Assembly: GCA_965279525.1 (NCBI GenBank)
Contig: CBDIIB010000004.1
Span: 992,001 to 1,056,000, forward strand
DNA length: 64,000 bases
From: Tagaea sp.
Lineage (GTDB): Bacteria; Pseudomonadota; Alphaproteobacteria; CACIAM-22H2
Direction: 5' to 3'
Part shown: piece after piece, positions 28,234 through 42,603 of the stretch
How the letters are laid out: each line of letters begins with the position of its first letter
How positions within the stretch are numbered: the stretch's first letter is position 1
The notes under the pieces: model-generated
The model's input: the letters and a program-made list of their open reading frames with translations, nothing else
Databases searched by the model: none
Told to the model about the DNA's origin: nothing
Position numbers and translations under genes: made by a program

Positions 28234-29319
28234 TCACTCGGCGCAGCCTTCGAAGCCCGCCTTGAGCTTGGCCGGATCGAGATGGCGGCCGATGAAGACG
28301 AGCTTGGACACGCGCCTGTCGCTCTCGCCCCACTTCTGGCCCCACGTCGAGTCCGCGATCATGTGCACGGCCTGGAACACGTAGCGCTGGACCGCACCCT
28401 TGACCGAGAGGATGCCCTTCGAGCGCAGGATGTTCTGGCCCTGCAGGCGCAGCGTCTCGGTGATCCAGGTCTGGAACTTGTCGGGGTCGATGTCGCCCGC
28501 GACCGTCACCGACACCGAGGAGATGTCGTCGGCGTGCTTGGGGTTGGGCGCGTCATGGTGGTGATGGTCATGATCGTGATGATGGTGGTCGTGGCTGTGG
28601 TCGTGCGTGGGATCGGTGCAGGTCGCGTGATCGTGGTCGTGGTCATGATCGTGATGATGGTGGTCGTGCCCATGCGCGCCTTCGAGGAAACTCGGATCGA
28701 GCGTCAGGATGCGCTTCAGGTCGAACGCCCCCTTGTCGAGCACCTTGGTGATGTCGATCTCGCTCTTCGCCGTGCGGTGGATGGTGGCATAGGGATTGAT
28801 CTGGCGGATGCGCGCCTCGACCCTGGCAAGCTCGGCCGGCGTCACCAGATCGGTCTTGTTGAGCAGGATCACGTCGGCGAAGGCGACCTGGTCTTCCGCC
28901 TCGCGGCTGTCTTCCAGGCGCAGCGGGAAGTGCTTGGCATCCACCAGCGTGACGACCGCGTCGAGCCGCGTCTTGGCCTTGACTTCGTCGTCGGTGAAGA
29001 AGGTCTGTGCGACCGGTGCGGGATCGGCGAGGCCCGTCGTCTCGACGATGATGCCGTCGAGCTTGCCCGCCCGCTTCATCAGCCCGCCGATCGTGCGGAT
29101 CAGGTCGCCGCGCACGGTGCAGCAGATGCACCCGTTGTTCATCTCGAAGATCTCTTCGTCGGTGCCCACGACGAGCTCGTTGTCGATCCCCACCTCGCCG
29201 AACTCGTTGATGATCACGGCGTACTTGCGGCCGTGGTTCTCGCTGAGGATGCGGTTGAGCAACGTGGTCTTGCCGGCACCGAGATAGCCGGTGAGGACGG
29301 TAACGGGGATCTGCGACAT
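28234..29319 (-). CDS. COG0523/CobW-family metal chaperone GTPase with His-rich insert
   Basis: GYLGAGKTT, NEFGE, GCICC, ETTG, NKTD; poly-His/Asp loop. Confidence 0.95.
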   Translation of the reverse strand: MSQIPVTVLTGYLGAGKTTLLNRILSENHGRKYAVIINEFGEVGIDNELVVGTDEEIFEMNNGCICCTVRGDLIRTIGGLMKRAGKLDGIIVETTGLADPAPVAQTFFTDDEVKAKTRLDAVVTLVDAKHFPLRLEDSREAEDQVAFADVILLNKTDLVTPAELARVEARIRQINPYATIHRTAKSEIDITKVLDKGAFDLKRILTLDPSFLEGAHGHDHHHHDHDHDHDHATCTDPTHDHSHDHHHHDHDHHHHDAPNPKHADDISSVSVTVAGDIDPDKFQTWITETLRLQGQNILRSKGILSVKGAVQRYVFQAVHMIADSTWGQKWGESDRRVSKLVFIGRHLDPAKLKAGFEGCAE

Positions 29320-29423
29320 GAACGGCTCCAGGACGTGGTGTGCCCTTCATTTAGCGAAGCCGGCCCCCCGTTGCCACCCCTTCCCGCTGGACGGCGCCGC
29401 TCAGCCCCACTACCAGAAGGGTC

Positions 29424-29825
29424 ATGGAACCCGTCCTGCCCCGCCCTGCCGCCATCGCCGTCGTGCGCCACGAGGACCGCTTCCTGCTCGTGCGCCGCGC
29501 CAATCCGCCCGACCCCGGCCGCTGGGGCTTCCCGGGCGGAAAAGTCGAGCCGGGCGAGACGGTTGCGGGTGCCGCGGTGCGCGAGCTATTCGAGGAAACG
29601 GGCGTGCGCGCCGAGGCGATCCGGGCCTTCGACTGCGTCGACGTGATCCGCCCCGGCTTCCATTTCGTGCTTGTGGCGGTGGCCTGCCGCTATGTGTCGG
29701 GGACAGCCGTCGCCGGCGACGATGCCCACGAGGCGGCGTGGTTCACGCTGGCCGAAATCGCGGCCGGAAAGGCCCCTTTTCTCGACCAGGTCGAGCGGAT
29801 TGCGCGCGCGTCCCTTCAGGCGTAG
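29424..29825 (+). CDS. NUDIX hydrolase
   Basis: [23 protein letters not shown] Nudix box. Confidence 0.92.
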   Translation: MEPVLPRPAAIAVVRHEDRFLLVRRANPPDPGRWGFPGGKVEPGETVAGAAVRELFEETGVRAEAIRAFDCVDVIRPGFHFVLVAVACRYVSGTAVAGDDAHEAAWFTLAEIAAGKAPFLDQVERIARASLQA

Positions 29826-29834
29826 AATAATCCA

Positions 29835-30158
29835 ATGGAAATCGGCCTCTACACGCAGACTTTCGGTGTCGGGCGCAATCCGTATCTGCAGGCGCAGATC
29901 GCGACATCGCAGGCGACGCAGAACGCCCAGACCCAGACGGCACTGGCAAGTGCCGTCGCGGCCCAGCGTGCGGCACCCGTCCAGGCAACGCAGACCCTTC
30001 AGGCGCCGCAGGCCACGAGCCGCACGGAAGCCTCGCGCGACGCGCGCGCCAATACCGATACCGCCGCCGCCAACGACACGACCGCCAACGCGCTCGAGGC
30101 CGAGACCGGCCGTCAGGCCGTCCAGCCGCGCGGCAGCAGGGTCGACGTCTTCGTCTGA
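29835..30158 (+). CDS. Hypothetical Ala/Gln/Thr-rich small protein
   Basis: Fills the gap between convergent neighbours; host-like codons; C-terminal PRGSRVDVFV. Confidence 0.65.
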   Translation: MEIGLYTQTFGVGRNPYLQAQIATSQATQNAQTQTALASAVAAQRAAPVQATQTLQAPQATSRTEASRDARANTDTAAANDTTANALEAETGRQAVQPRGSRVDVFV

Positions 30159-30167
30159 CCGCTGCAG

Positions 30168-31886
30168 CTAGCTCGCGCGCATCCGCGAGACGAACTCTTC
30201 CACTTCCGACTTGAGCCGGTCCGACTGCGCGGAGACCGACTGCGCCGCTTCGCCCAGCGGGCCGACGGCCATGCCGGTCTTTTCGGCGGCATCGGTGACA
30301 TGCCGGATCGTCTCGGCCATCGACCGCGTGCCGCGCGCCGCACTCTGCACGTTCGTGGCGATCTCGGCGGTCGCACCGCCCTGCTGCTCGACGGCACCGG
30401 CGATCTCGGTTGCGGTCCCGTGGATCGAACGGATCGCCTGCCCGATCGACTGGATGTCGCCCACCGCACGCCGGGTCGCGGCCTGGATCTCGCCGACCTG
30501 GCGGGAGATGTCCTCGGTCGCGCGGGCCGTCTGCGTGGCGAGGTTCTTCACCTCCGACGCGACGACGGCAAAGCCCTTGCCCGCATCGCCCGCGCGCGCG
30601 GCCTCGATCGTCGCGTTGAGCGCCAGCAGGTTGGTCTGCCCGGCGATGTCGTTGATGAGCTTGACGACGTCGCCGATCTTGCCGGCCGACGCCGCCAGGG
30701 CCGACACGGTCTCGTTGGTCGAGTCCGCCTGTGCCACCGCGGCACTTGCCGCCGCGGCACTGTCGCTCACGCGCTGTGCGATCGCGCGCGTGGCCTCGGC
30801 GAGCTGGTCTGTGGCGGTGGCGACCGACTGGACGTTGCTCGTCGTCTCGCCCGCCGCGACGGCGACTTCGCCGGCGCGCGTGCGCGTGTCGTCGGCCGTC
30901 TCGCGCAGCGCGCCCACGGCACCCGACAGGTGCCGGCCGGCCTGCGACAGTTCCTCGGCCACGCCGCGGACGGTCCGGTCGAGTTCCTCGGCCATCTGCG
31001 TGCGCAGCGCGCGGCGTTCCTCGGCGCTTCGCTGGTCCGCCGCCGCACGCTCGGCGGCGATACGCGCGTTCTCGGCGATGCGGTCGCGGAAAACCGCGAG
31101 CGCGCCCGCCATCCGTCCGATCTCGTCGTGCCGGCCGCTGCCCGGCACCTCGCACGCCGTGTCGCCCGCGGCGATCCGGTCCATGGCGGCACCCATCGCG
31201 CCAAGCGGACGCAGCGAGCGGCGGACGGTGAGCCACACGAGTACCGCCGCCACGAGCAGCACGCCGCCACCCGTCATCGCGGCGTTGGTCAGGATCTGGC
31301 GCGTCGCGGCGAGGAACTCGGCCTCCGGAATGCCGATGAACAGGATCCCGATCGTCTTGCCGGACGGGTCCTTGATCGGATCATAGGCCGTGAAATAGGG
31401 CTGGTTCAGGATCGTGTTCGGCCCGCGATAGGCGCGGTTCTCGCGCATCACCGCATCGAACGCGAGGCCGGGTGCCAGCTTCGTTCCCACCGCGCGCGTG
31501 CCGTCGGGGCGCTGGATGTTCGTCGCGACGCGCAGGTCGCCCATGAAGATCGTCGCCACGCCGCCGACGGCCGCCTTGACCTTGTCGACGGTCTCGTTGT
31601 CGCCGTTGAGCACCTTTTCGCCGGCAAGCAGCGTTTCGCCCGAGAGGCGATACTCGGTGCCGCGCATGCGCAGCATCTCCCAGGCGACGCGCATGTTCGC
31701 GTCGAGCCGGGCCATGCCCTGGCGATGCAGCTCGGCATCGGCATCGCGCACGGTCACGTAGAGCGAGGCGCCGAGTGCGAGCGAGGCGAAGGCGATCGCG
31801 GCGATCGTCAGCCTGCCGCCGATCGAGATGCGCGAATAGAGTGCGGCGGGCAGCCGCAGCAGCGCACGCAGGGGGTTCTTGGCCAT
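30168..31886 (-). CDS. Methyl-accepting chemotaxis protein (Cache-HAMP-MA)
   Basis: Two TM segments, Cache (ATIF..RVATN..RAVGT), [20 protein letters not shown]. Confidence 0.95.
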   Translation of the reverse strand: MAKNPLRALLRLPAALYSRISIGGRLTIAAIAFASLALGASLYVTVRDADAELHRQGMARLDANMRVAWEMLRMRGTEYRLSGETLLAGEKVLNGDNETVDKVKAAVGGVATIFMGDLRVATNIQRPDGTRAVGTKLAPGLAFDAVMRENRAYRGPNTILNQPYFTAYDPIKDPSGKTIGILFIGIPEAEFLAATRQILTNAAMTGGGVLLVAAVLVWLTVRRSLRPLGAMGAAMDRIAAGDTACEVPGSGRHDEIGRMAGALAVFRDRIAENARIAAERAAADQRSAEERRALRTQMAEELDRTVRGVAEELSQAGRHLSGAVGALRETADDTRTRAGEVAVAAGETTSNVQSVATATDQLAEATRAIAQRVSDSAAAASAAVAQADSTNETVSALAASAGKIGDVVKLINDIAGQTNLLALNATIEAARAGDAGKGFAVVASEVKNLATQTARATEDISRQVGEIQAATRRAVGDIQSIGQAIRSIHGTATEIAGAVEQQGGATAEIATNVQSAARGTRSMAETIRHVTDAAEKTGMAVGPLGEAAQSVSAQSDRLKSEVEEFVSRMRAS

Positions 31887-31987
31887 CGGGGAATTTCTCC
31901 GGGGGGAAAGCCTGTTTCCGGATTCATACCCGGATGAGCTTAACCAACCGTAACCGACATCGAAAATTCGGCTAAAATCCGCGCCAG

Positions 31988-32620
31988 TCAGCCGCCGAGC
32001 GTGCGGCGCAGCGTTTCCTCGATCCGGTCGACCGACGTCTCGTGCGAGAAATGCGCGACGTACTTGCCGTCCGGCCCCATCAGATAGATGAGCGACGTGT
32101 GGTCGACGAGATAGTCGGCCGAATCCTTCGGCGTCGCCTTGCGATAGAACACGCGGTACGCGCGCGCGGCGCGCGCGACCTGCTCGGGGCTGCCGGTCAG
32201 GCCCATCAGCCGGTCGTCGATCGCCGTCACGTAGGCCTGCATCTGCTGCACCGTGTCGCGCTCGGGATCGACCGTGATGAAGACCGGCTGGACGCGCGCG
32301 GCGAGTGTCGGTCCGACCCGGTCGAGCGCTTCGGAAATCGCGAGCAGTGCGGTCGGACACGCGTCCGGGCAATAGGTGAACCCGAAATAGATCAGCGAGA
32401 ATTTTCCCTTGAGGTCGGCATCGGTGCGCGTGCGCCCCGTCTGGTCGACGAGTTCGAACGCGCCGCCGATTGCCGCCGTCGCGATGCCCGGCGGCGGTGC
32501 GCCTGCATCCGACCAGAACTTGACGCCCCAGGCGGCACCCAGACCCAGGACCGCGCCGACCGCGAGCCAGCGGACGGTCCTGAGGACGGTCGAAGTCGGG
32601 TTTGACGGCGGCGTGGACAT
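31988..32620 (-). CDS. SCO1/SenC copper chaperone
   Basis: [22 protein letters not shown]. Confidence 0.95.
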   Translation of the reverse strand: MSTPPSNPTSTVLRTVRWLAVGAVLGLGAAWGVKFWSDAGAPPPGIATAAIGGAFELVDQTGRTRTDADLKGKFSLIYFGFTYCPDACPTALLAISEALDRVGPTLAARVQPVFITVDPERDTVQQMQAYVTAIDDRLMGLTGSPEQVARAARAYRVFYRKATPKDSADYLVDHTSLIYLMGPDGKYVAHFSHETSVDRIEETLRRTLGG

Positions 32621-32632
32621 CGGCGGCGGAAG

Positions 32633-36976
<4,344 letters not shown>

Positions 36977-36986
36977 CGGCCGGCTG

Positions 36987-38429
36987 TCAGAGCAGCGAAC
37001 GGACGGCCGACGAGACGGCGACCGTCCCGTCGGCGGCATAGGCTTCGTGGTTCGCTTCGATGTCGGCCAGACGGTAGAGGTAGTTGACCATCAGGCCGGC
37101 GGACTGCTTGAGGCCGTTGGCCGACGTGTCGGCACGCCAGTTGACGCGCTCGATCCGCGCTCCGTTCGACAGGTGGAAATGCGCGACCGGATCCAGCGCC
37201 CGGCCGTCGGCGCGCTTGGCTTCCAGCAGGTAGCGCGCGCACAGGCGCGACAGGGGTGCCTTGAGCGCGTCGGCAAGGGCCGGCTCGGCAAGCCAGGCAC
37301 CGCTGGCGAGTGCCCGCTTGAGCTCGCCCTTGTTGGCAGCCACGGCTTTGCCGTCCCGCTTGGCGAGGGCCGCCGCCAGGACCTTGCGCTCGTTCGCCAG
37401 CAGCAGGCGCGGCATCCCTTCGCCGATGCGCGCGTCGAGCCAGCTGCGGAAACCCGGGATCGGCGACAGCGTGGCGAATGTCTTGAGGTTCGGGAACTCC
37501 GCGCTCAGCGTGCTCGCGACGCGCTTGATGAGGAAACCGCCGAAGCTGATGCCGGCAAGGCCGCGCTGCGCGTTGGTGATCGAATAGAAGATCGCGGTGT
37601 CGGCCGCGTTCGGGTCGCCCAGCGGCGCCTTGTCGTCGAGCAGGTCGTGGACGTTGTCGGCAAGCCCGTTGACCAGCGCCACCTCGACGAAGATCAGCGG
37701 CTCGAGCGGCATGCGCGGATGGAAGAACGCGAAATAGCGCCGGTCGCTGTCGAGGCGGTTCTTGAGATCGGCCCAGTCGCGCACGGCGTGCACGGCCTCG
37801 TAGGCCGCGAGCCGTTCGAGCAGGGCCGCAGGGCTCTCCCAGGTGATGCGCTCGAGTTCGAGGAAACCCAGATCGAACCACGCGACGAACAGTTCGCGCA
37901 AATCCTCGGCCAGTGCGGCGAAGTGCGGATCTTCCTTCGACCACGACAACAGCTCGCTGCGCCGGTCGATCAGGAACTTGACGCCGTCGGCAAGGGCCGT
38001 GAACTGGGCGAGCAGCCGGCCGCGCGGCGAATCCAATGCCAGACGCAGCCCGCGCTCGGCCTTGCCGACCGCTTTCGCCTCGCCGCCTTCCCAGGCGGCG
38101 ATGGCCGCCTTCGCCGCGTTGATCGCCGCCGCGCGGTCGATGTCGATCTCCTCGGCCAGCAGGCGCATGAAGCGCTTGCGCCCCGCCACCGACAGGCCGA
38201 GATAGAGCCGGCCGAGTTCGGCGGCACGGGCACGCGCACTCGCCTCGCCGCCGCGGCCTTCGAGGCAGTCCGCAAGGCGCGCGCGCAGGTCCGGCAGGTC
38301 GCCGTCGGCAAGGTCCGGATTGGCGCCCTTGGGCGCCCCGCCGACGACGGCGCGCGCACCGCTCGACAGCCCGCGCCACGCCTCTTTCAGGCGCGCGACA
38401 AATCTCTGACCTGACTTGGTGTCCGACAT
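36987..38429 (-). CDS. Malonyl-CoA decarboxylase
   Basis: YEAVH, EPLIFVEVAL, FYSI.N.Q.GL.GISFG, TLSPIPGF, DPVAHFHLSNGA. Confidence 0.95.
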   Translation of the reverse strand: MSDTKSGQRFVARLKEAWRGLSSGARAVVGGAPKGANPDLADGDLPDLRARLADCLEGRGGEASARARAAELGRLYLGLSVAGRKRFMRLLAEEIDIDRAAAINAAKAAIAAWEGGEAKAVGKAERGLRLALDSPRGRLLAQFTALADGVKFLIDRRSELLSWSKEDPHFAALAEDLRELFVAWFDLGFLELERITWESPAALLERLAAYEAVHAVRDWADLKNRLDSDRRYFAFFHPRMPLEPLIFVEVALVNGLADNVHDLLDDKAPLGDPNAADTAIFYSITNAQRGLAGISFGGFLIKRVASTLSAEFPNLKTFATLSPIPGFRSWLDARIGEGMPRLLLANERKVLAAALAKRDGKAVAANKGELKRALASGAWLAEPALADALKAPLSRLCARYLLEAKRADGRALDPVAHFHLSNGARIERVNWRADTSANGLKQSAGLMVNYLYRLADIEANHEAYAADGTVAVSSAVRSLL

Positions 38430-38484
38430 GGCGGGGACGATCTTCGCGCGCGCGGACACGCTCGGCAAGACCCGAACGGAAGCG

Positions 38485-38700
38485 TCAGTTCAGGCGGCCG
38501 GGCGGCGGCGGAAGGTCGGCGCTTGCGCGCAGCACGCTTTTGATTTCGTCCCACTCGCGATCCGGAAGATCAGAAAGCAGTTCCTTGGCCGCCCGCCAGT
38601 CGAAGGCGGTGCCGGACTGGACGGCACGCGCGAGCGCGCGGCACGCGGTGTGTTGTCCGCCAAGAACGGTCTGCGCCGCGCGAAGGAGCGGATGTTCCAT
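38485..38700 (-). CDS. Small hypothetical protein
   Basis: 71-aa ORF filling the nnr-mcd gap, co-directional with both; no recognisable motif. Confidence 0.4.
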   Translation of the reverse strand: MEHPLLRAAQTVLGGQHTACRALARAVQSGTAFDWRAAKELLSDLPDREWDEIKSVLRASADLPPPPGRLN

Positions 38701-38826
38701 CGGACGACGTTGGGCCTGTGCTGCGCGATCCACAAGGTCAATCGAGCGTGCCGCAACGGGCATCAGCGATGCGCCCGACGCGGCTCGCGGCCACGCGATA
38801 CCGTCAGACGGTATCTTGAGATGGTC

Positions 38827-40299
38827 CTACGGTCCGGGCGCACGAAAAATTGCCGTGAGTACGGGCGGGAGCTGCTCGGGAATATCGTCGGCGATGAGTC
38901 CGGGGCCGAATCGCGTCGCGGCCGCACCGTGAAGGAAGGCAGCGGCGCATGTCGCCTCGAACGGCGGCATCGACTGCGCGACGAGCCCGGCGATCAGGCC
39001 CGCGAGCACGTCGCCGGCACCCGCCGTCGCAAGCCAGGGCGGCGCGTTCGAGTTGATGGCCGCACGCCCGTCAGGATGCGCGATGACCGTGTCCGACCCT
39101 TTGAGCAACACGACCGCCTTGGCGCGGCGTGCCGCCAGCCGCGCGCGGACGAGCCGGTCGCCCTCGATGTCGGGGAACAGGCGCTTGAACTCGCCGTCAT
39201 GCGGCGTCAGCACGCAGCCCGCGTTCAGGCGCGCGAAAAGATCGGATGGATCTTCGGCGAAGACGGTCAGCGCGTCGGCATCGAGCACGCATGCCTTGCG
39301 CGCGGCGAGTGCTGCCCGCACGCGCGCGGCACAGGTCGCGTCGGCGCCGTTGCCCGGCCCCAGCAGCACGACATTGCGCCGCCTGTCGTCGACCAGTGCC
39401 GCGAATTCGGCGAGCGAGGACATCGGCTGCACCATCAAGCAGGCGAGATCGGCGGCATAGATCGGGACGGCGGCCGGATCGGCGGCGATGGTGACGAGTC
39501 CGGCCCCGACGCGCGCCGCGGCGCGTGCGGCAAGGCGTGCTGCACCGGTCAGCGTCGCGCCACCGACGACGAGCACATGCCCGCGCGCGTATTTGTGTCC
39601 GTCCAACGTCGGGGCCGGATACTGCGTGCGCCACAGGTCGGGCGAATTGGCGAAACAGGCCGGGCCGATCGCCGCGAGTGCTGTTTCCGGAATGCCGATA
39701 TCGGCGACGACCGTCTCGCCGCACAGGGCGCGGCCGGGCAGCAGCAGATGGCCGGGCTTGCGCCGGAAGAACGTGACCGTCAGGCACGCGCGGGCCGCAC
39801 CGCCGAGGACCGCACCGCTGTCGCCCGAGACGCCGCTGGGCATGTCGACCGCGACGACGCGCTTGCCGGCCATCGCCTCGACGAGACGGAGTGCCGCCCC
39901 GTCGATCGGGCGCGAAAGGCCGGCGCCGAAAAGCGCATCGACGACAAGCGATGCGCCGTCGAGCAGTGCGGGTTCGGCCGGCTCGACGGGTCCCGTCCAT
40001 TGCAGCGCCATGGCACCGGCATCGCCGGCGAGCGTTTCGGGCAGACCGAGCAGGCCCGCGCGCACCGGCCAGCCGGCATCGACGAGATGGCGTGCCACGA
40101 CGAAGCCGTCGCCGCCATTGTTGCCCGGGCCGCACAGGACGACGACGGGCCCGCGCGCGAAGCGTGCGACGATCTCGCGCGCGACGGCCGCACCGGCGGC
40201 CTCCATCAGCCGCAAGCCCGGCACGCCGGCCGCGATCGCGTACCGGTCGGCCGCCGCCATCTCGGCGCATGTAAGGAGTGCGTCATCCGTCGCCTGCAT
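38827..40299 (-). CDS. nnr: Bifunctional NAD(P)HX epimerase/dehydratase
   Basis: LMEAAG, CGPGNNGGDG, HKYARG, LTPHDGEF, ATAGAGDVLAG. Confidence 0.95.
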   Translation of the reverse strand: MQATDDALLTCAEMAAADRYAIAAGVPGLRLMEAAGAAVAREIVARFARGPVVVLCGPGNNGGDGFVVARHLVDAGWPVRAGLLGLPETLAGDAGAMALQWTGPVEPAEPALLDGASLVVDALFGAGLSRPIDGAALRLVEAMAGKRVVAVDMPSGVSGDSGAVLGGAARACLTVTFFRRKPGHLLLPGRALCGETVVADIGIPETALAAIGPACFANSPDLWRTQYPAPTLDGHKYARGHVLVVGGATLTGAARLAARAAARVGAGLVTIAADPAAVPIYAADLACLMVQPMSSLAEFAALVDDRRRNVVLLGPGNGADATCAARVRAALAARKACVLDADALTVFAEDPSDLFARLNAGCVLTPHDGEFKRLFPDIEGDRLVRARLAARRAKAVVLLKGSDTVIAHPDGRAAINSNAPPWLATAGAGDVLAGLIAGLVAQSMPPFEATCAAAFLHGAAATRFGPGLIADDIPEQLPPVLTAIFRAPGP

Positions 40300-40340
40300 C
40301 ACCGCAATCATGCCACATTGGCCGGGCAAACCGGGGGACG

Positions 40341-41018
40341 ATGATCGACCGCAGACAATTCCTTGCGTGCGCCGCCGCACTGGCCGCCGGCCCTGCCCGC
40401 GCGGCCGAGGCGGTCGACGTCGCCCTCGTGCTCGCGGTCGACTCCTCGACATCCGTCAGCATGGACGAGTTCTACCTGCAGATGGAGGGCTACGCCGCCG
40501 CCATGCGCCACCCTGCCCTTGCCGAGGCGATCGGTGCCGGGCGGATCGGGGCGGTCGGCGTGCTGTTCTTCGAATTCGCCGACGCCAAGACCCATGTCGT
40601 CAATCTCCCCTGGCGGCGCCTGTCGCGCGGCGAGGATCTCGAAGCTTATGCGAAGGAACTCGAGATGGCCCCGCGCCTCGTCGTCGGCGGCACGACCGCC
40701 ATCGGGGACGCGATCGATTTCGGGCATGCGGCACTCGACGATTGTCCCTACGCCGCCGGCCGGCGCGTGATCGACGTTTCCGGCGACGGTGCTTCGAATG
40801 CCGGGCGGGCCGTCGGTGCCGCGCGCGCCGACGCCGTGGGCCTCGGCATCACGATCAACGGCCTGCCGATCCTCAACGAGGAACCGGATCTCGATGCCTA
40901 TTACCGCGCGTTCGTGATCGGCGGGACCGGTGCCTTCTGCGTGCCGGCGCGCGACTACCGCGATTTCCGCGAGGCGATCTGCGACAAGCTGGTGCGCGAG
41001 ATCCGCTTCGTCGCCTAG
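40341..41018 (+). CDS. DUF1194 vWA-like exported protein (Tat signal)
   Basis: DRRQFL twin-arginine signal; LAVDSS.S, IDVSGDG, TINGLPI. Confidence 0.9.
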   Translation: MIDRRQFLACAAALAAGPARAAEAVDVALVLAVDSSTSVSMDEFYLQMEGYAAAMRHPALAEAIGAGRIGAVGVLFFEFADAKTHVVNLPWRRLSRGEDLEAYAKELEMAPRLVVGGTTAIGDAIDFGHAALDDCPYAAGRRVIDVSGDGASNAGRAVGAARADAVGLGITINGLPILNEEPDLDAYYRAFVIGGTGAFCVPARDYRDFREAICDKLVREIRFVA

Positions 41019-42343
41019 CGCCCCAGCGCCCCGCGGAAATCGGTCCCCTCGATGATCGCATCGCGAAGGTCCGCACCGGTGAGATCGGCGTCGGTGAGCT
41101 TCGCGTCGGTGAGGTCGGCGCCGCGCAGGTCGGCCCCCCGCAGCATCGACTCCGAAAGATCGGCCTCGTTCAGCTTCGCCCCGCGCAGGTCGGCGCGATG
41201 GAGCTGCGCGCCGCGCATGCGCGCCGGCCACCGTCCCGTCGCCGTCGTCGGCAGCGGCATCGGCGAAAGATCGGCATTCGAGAAATCGGTGCCGTTGAGG
41301 ATGCATTTGTCGAGCGTCGCACCACGCAGATCGGCCCCGCCGAGTTCGGCCCCCGTCAGGTTCGCCCCCGTCATGTCGGTCATCTGAAACTTGGCGTCGG
41401 CGAATTTCGCCTCGATCAGCGTCGTGCGCTTGAGGCGTGCCGCCGAAAGGTTCACGGCGGGCGCGTCGAGCCCGGTCAGGTCGACGGCATCGAGGGTCGC
41501 CTGCTGGCCCTGCTGGCCCGCACTCTGGAGCCACAGGAAATGGCGTCGGAATATCTCGCCGATCTCCACGTCGAGGGATTCGATCGACTTGGGCATGATC
41601 GCCTTGGACAGGTCGACCTTCTCGAAATCCTTCTTGGTGAACTGGGCGGCCGTCAGGTCGGCCCCTTCGAGGTTCGTCTTGTAGAGGAAGGCGCCGGCGA
41701 GCACGGCGCCCTGCAGCAGGCAGTGCGACAGGTTCGTGTCGGTGAGGTCGGCCCCGCTCAGCACCACGCCCGACAGGTCGGAGTACGACAAGTCGGCGCC
41801 CGCGAGGTTGGCGTTGCGCATGATGCAGTTCGTGAGGTCGGTGCGCCGGCCGAAGGCGCGCGCGACCTTGGCCTCGGTCAGGTTGGCGCGCGCGAACGAC
41901 GCGTCGTCGATCTCCGCCGAGCGCTGCGTGGCCTTGGCGAAGTCGAAATTCCCGTTCTCGTCCGGCACGATGATGAAGCCGTCGCGCATGTCGGCCTGCT
42001 TCATCATGGCGCTTTCGAGATTGGCCCCGCGCATCGACACGCCGCGCAGGTCCGCGCGCGTCAGGTCGCAGCCCTTGAGGTTGGCGCGCGTGAGGTCGGC
42101 GCCGAAGAAGTTCGCGCGCTCGAGCTTGGCGCCGGCGAAGTTCGCCTCGGCCAGCTTCGAGCCGACGAACTCGGCCTCGTTGAGCATGTTGGCGCCGAAC
42201 ACCAGCCGCTCGAGCGTGTGGAACGGCAGCGCCAGGCGCTTGCCGTTCGTCTGCTTGGCCAGCATCCGGCCGTGCGCGACGATGGCCTTGTCGAGATCGA
42301 GCTGGGCGACTTTGGGATAGGTGGGCGCTTTGGGCGGCGGCAT
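41015..42343 (-). CDS. Pentapeptide-repeat protein (two modules)
   Basis: Extensive A(D/N)LxG repeats. Confidence 0.92.
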   Translation of the reverse strand: MPPPKAPTYPKVAQLDLDKAIVAHGRMLAKQTNGKRLALPFHTLERLVFGANMLNEAEFVGSKLAEANFAGAKLERANFFGADLTRANLKGCDLTRADLRGVSMRGANLESAMMKQADMRDGFIIVPDENGNFDFAKATQRSAEIDDASFARANLTEAKVARAFGRRTDLTNCIMRNANLAGADLSYSDLSGVVLSGADLTDTNLSHCLLQGAVLAGAFLYKTNLEGADLTAAQFTKKDFEKVDLSKAIMPKSIESLDVEIGEIFRRHFLWLQSAGQQGQQATLDAVDLTGLDAPAVNLSAARLKRTTLIEAKFADAKFQMTDMTGANLTGAELGGADLRGATLDKCILNGTDFSNADLSPMPLPTTATGRWPARMRGAQLHRADLRGAKLNEADLSESMLRGADLRGADLTDAKLTDADLTGADLRDAIIEGTDFRGALGR

Positions 42344-42390
42344 CGGGCAACACTCTACGCAATCGCAGGGGCTGCCGACAAATGAAGGGC

Positions 42391-42467
42391 TGGGGCGACC
42401 GACGGGGCTCGAACCCGCGACAACCCGGACCACAACCGGGTGCTCTACCAGCTGAGCTACGGCCGCC
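42391..42467 (-). tRNA. tRNA-His(GTG) with encoded G-1 and C73
   Basis: G-GCGGCCG...TTGTGGT loop...CGGTCGC-C-CCA. Confidence 0.95.
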
Positions 42468-42603
42468 ACAGCCGGGGCGGGTTTTACACGCCCGCGCGGC
42501 CCCGGGCAAGCGGACTTGGCGCGTTGCGCATGGGGGGTGCCCGTGCTAACTCCGACACCGCGGTCGCGACCGGAATTGCGCCCGCGGCACCGGGGAGACG
42601 CCC

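Noticed and set aside
31940-31955. CtrA box upstream of the MCP gene
   Set aside because: TTAA-N6-GTAAC spacing does not fit TTAA-N7-TTAAC
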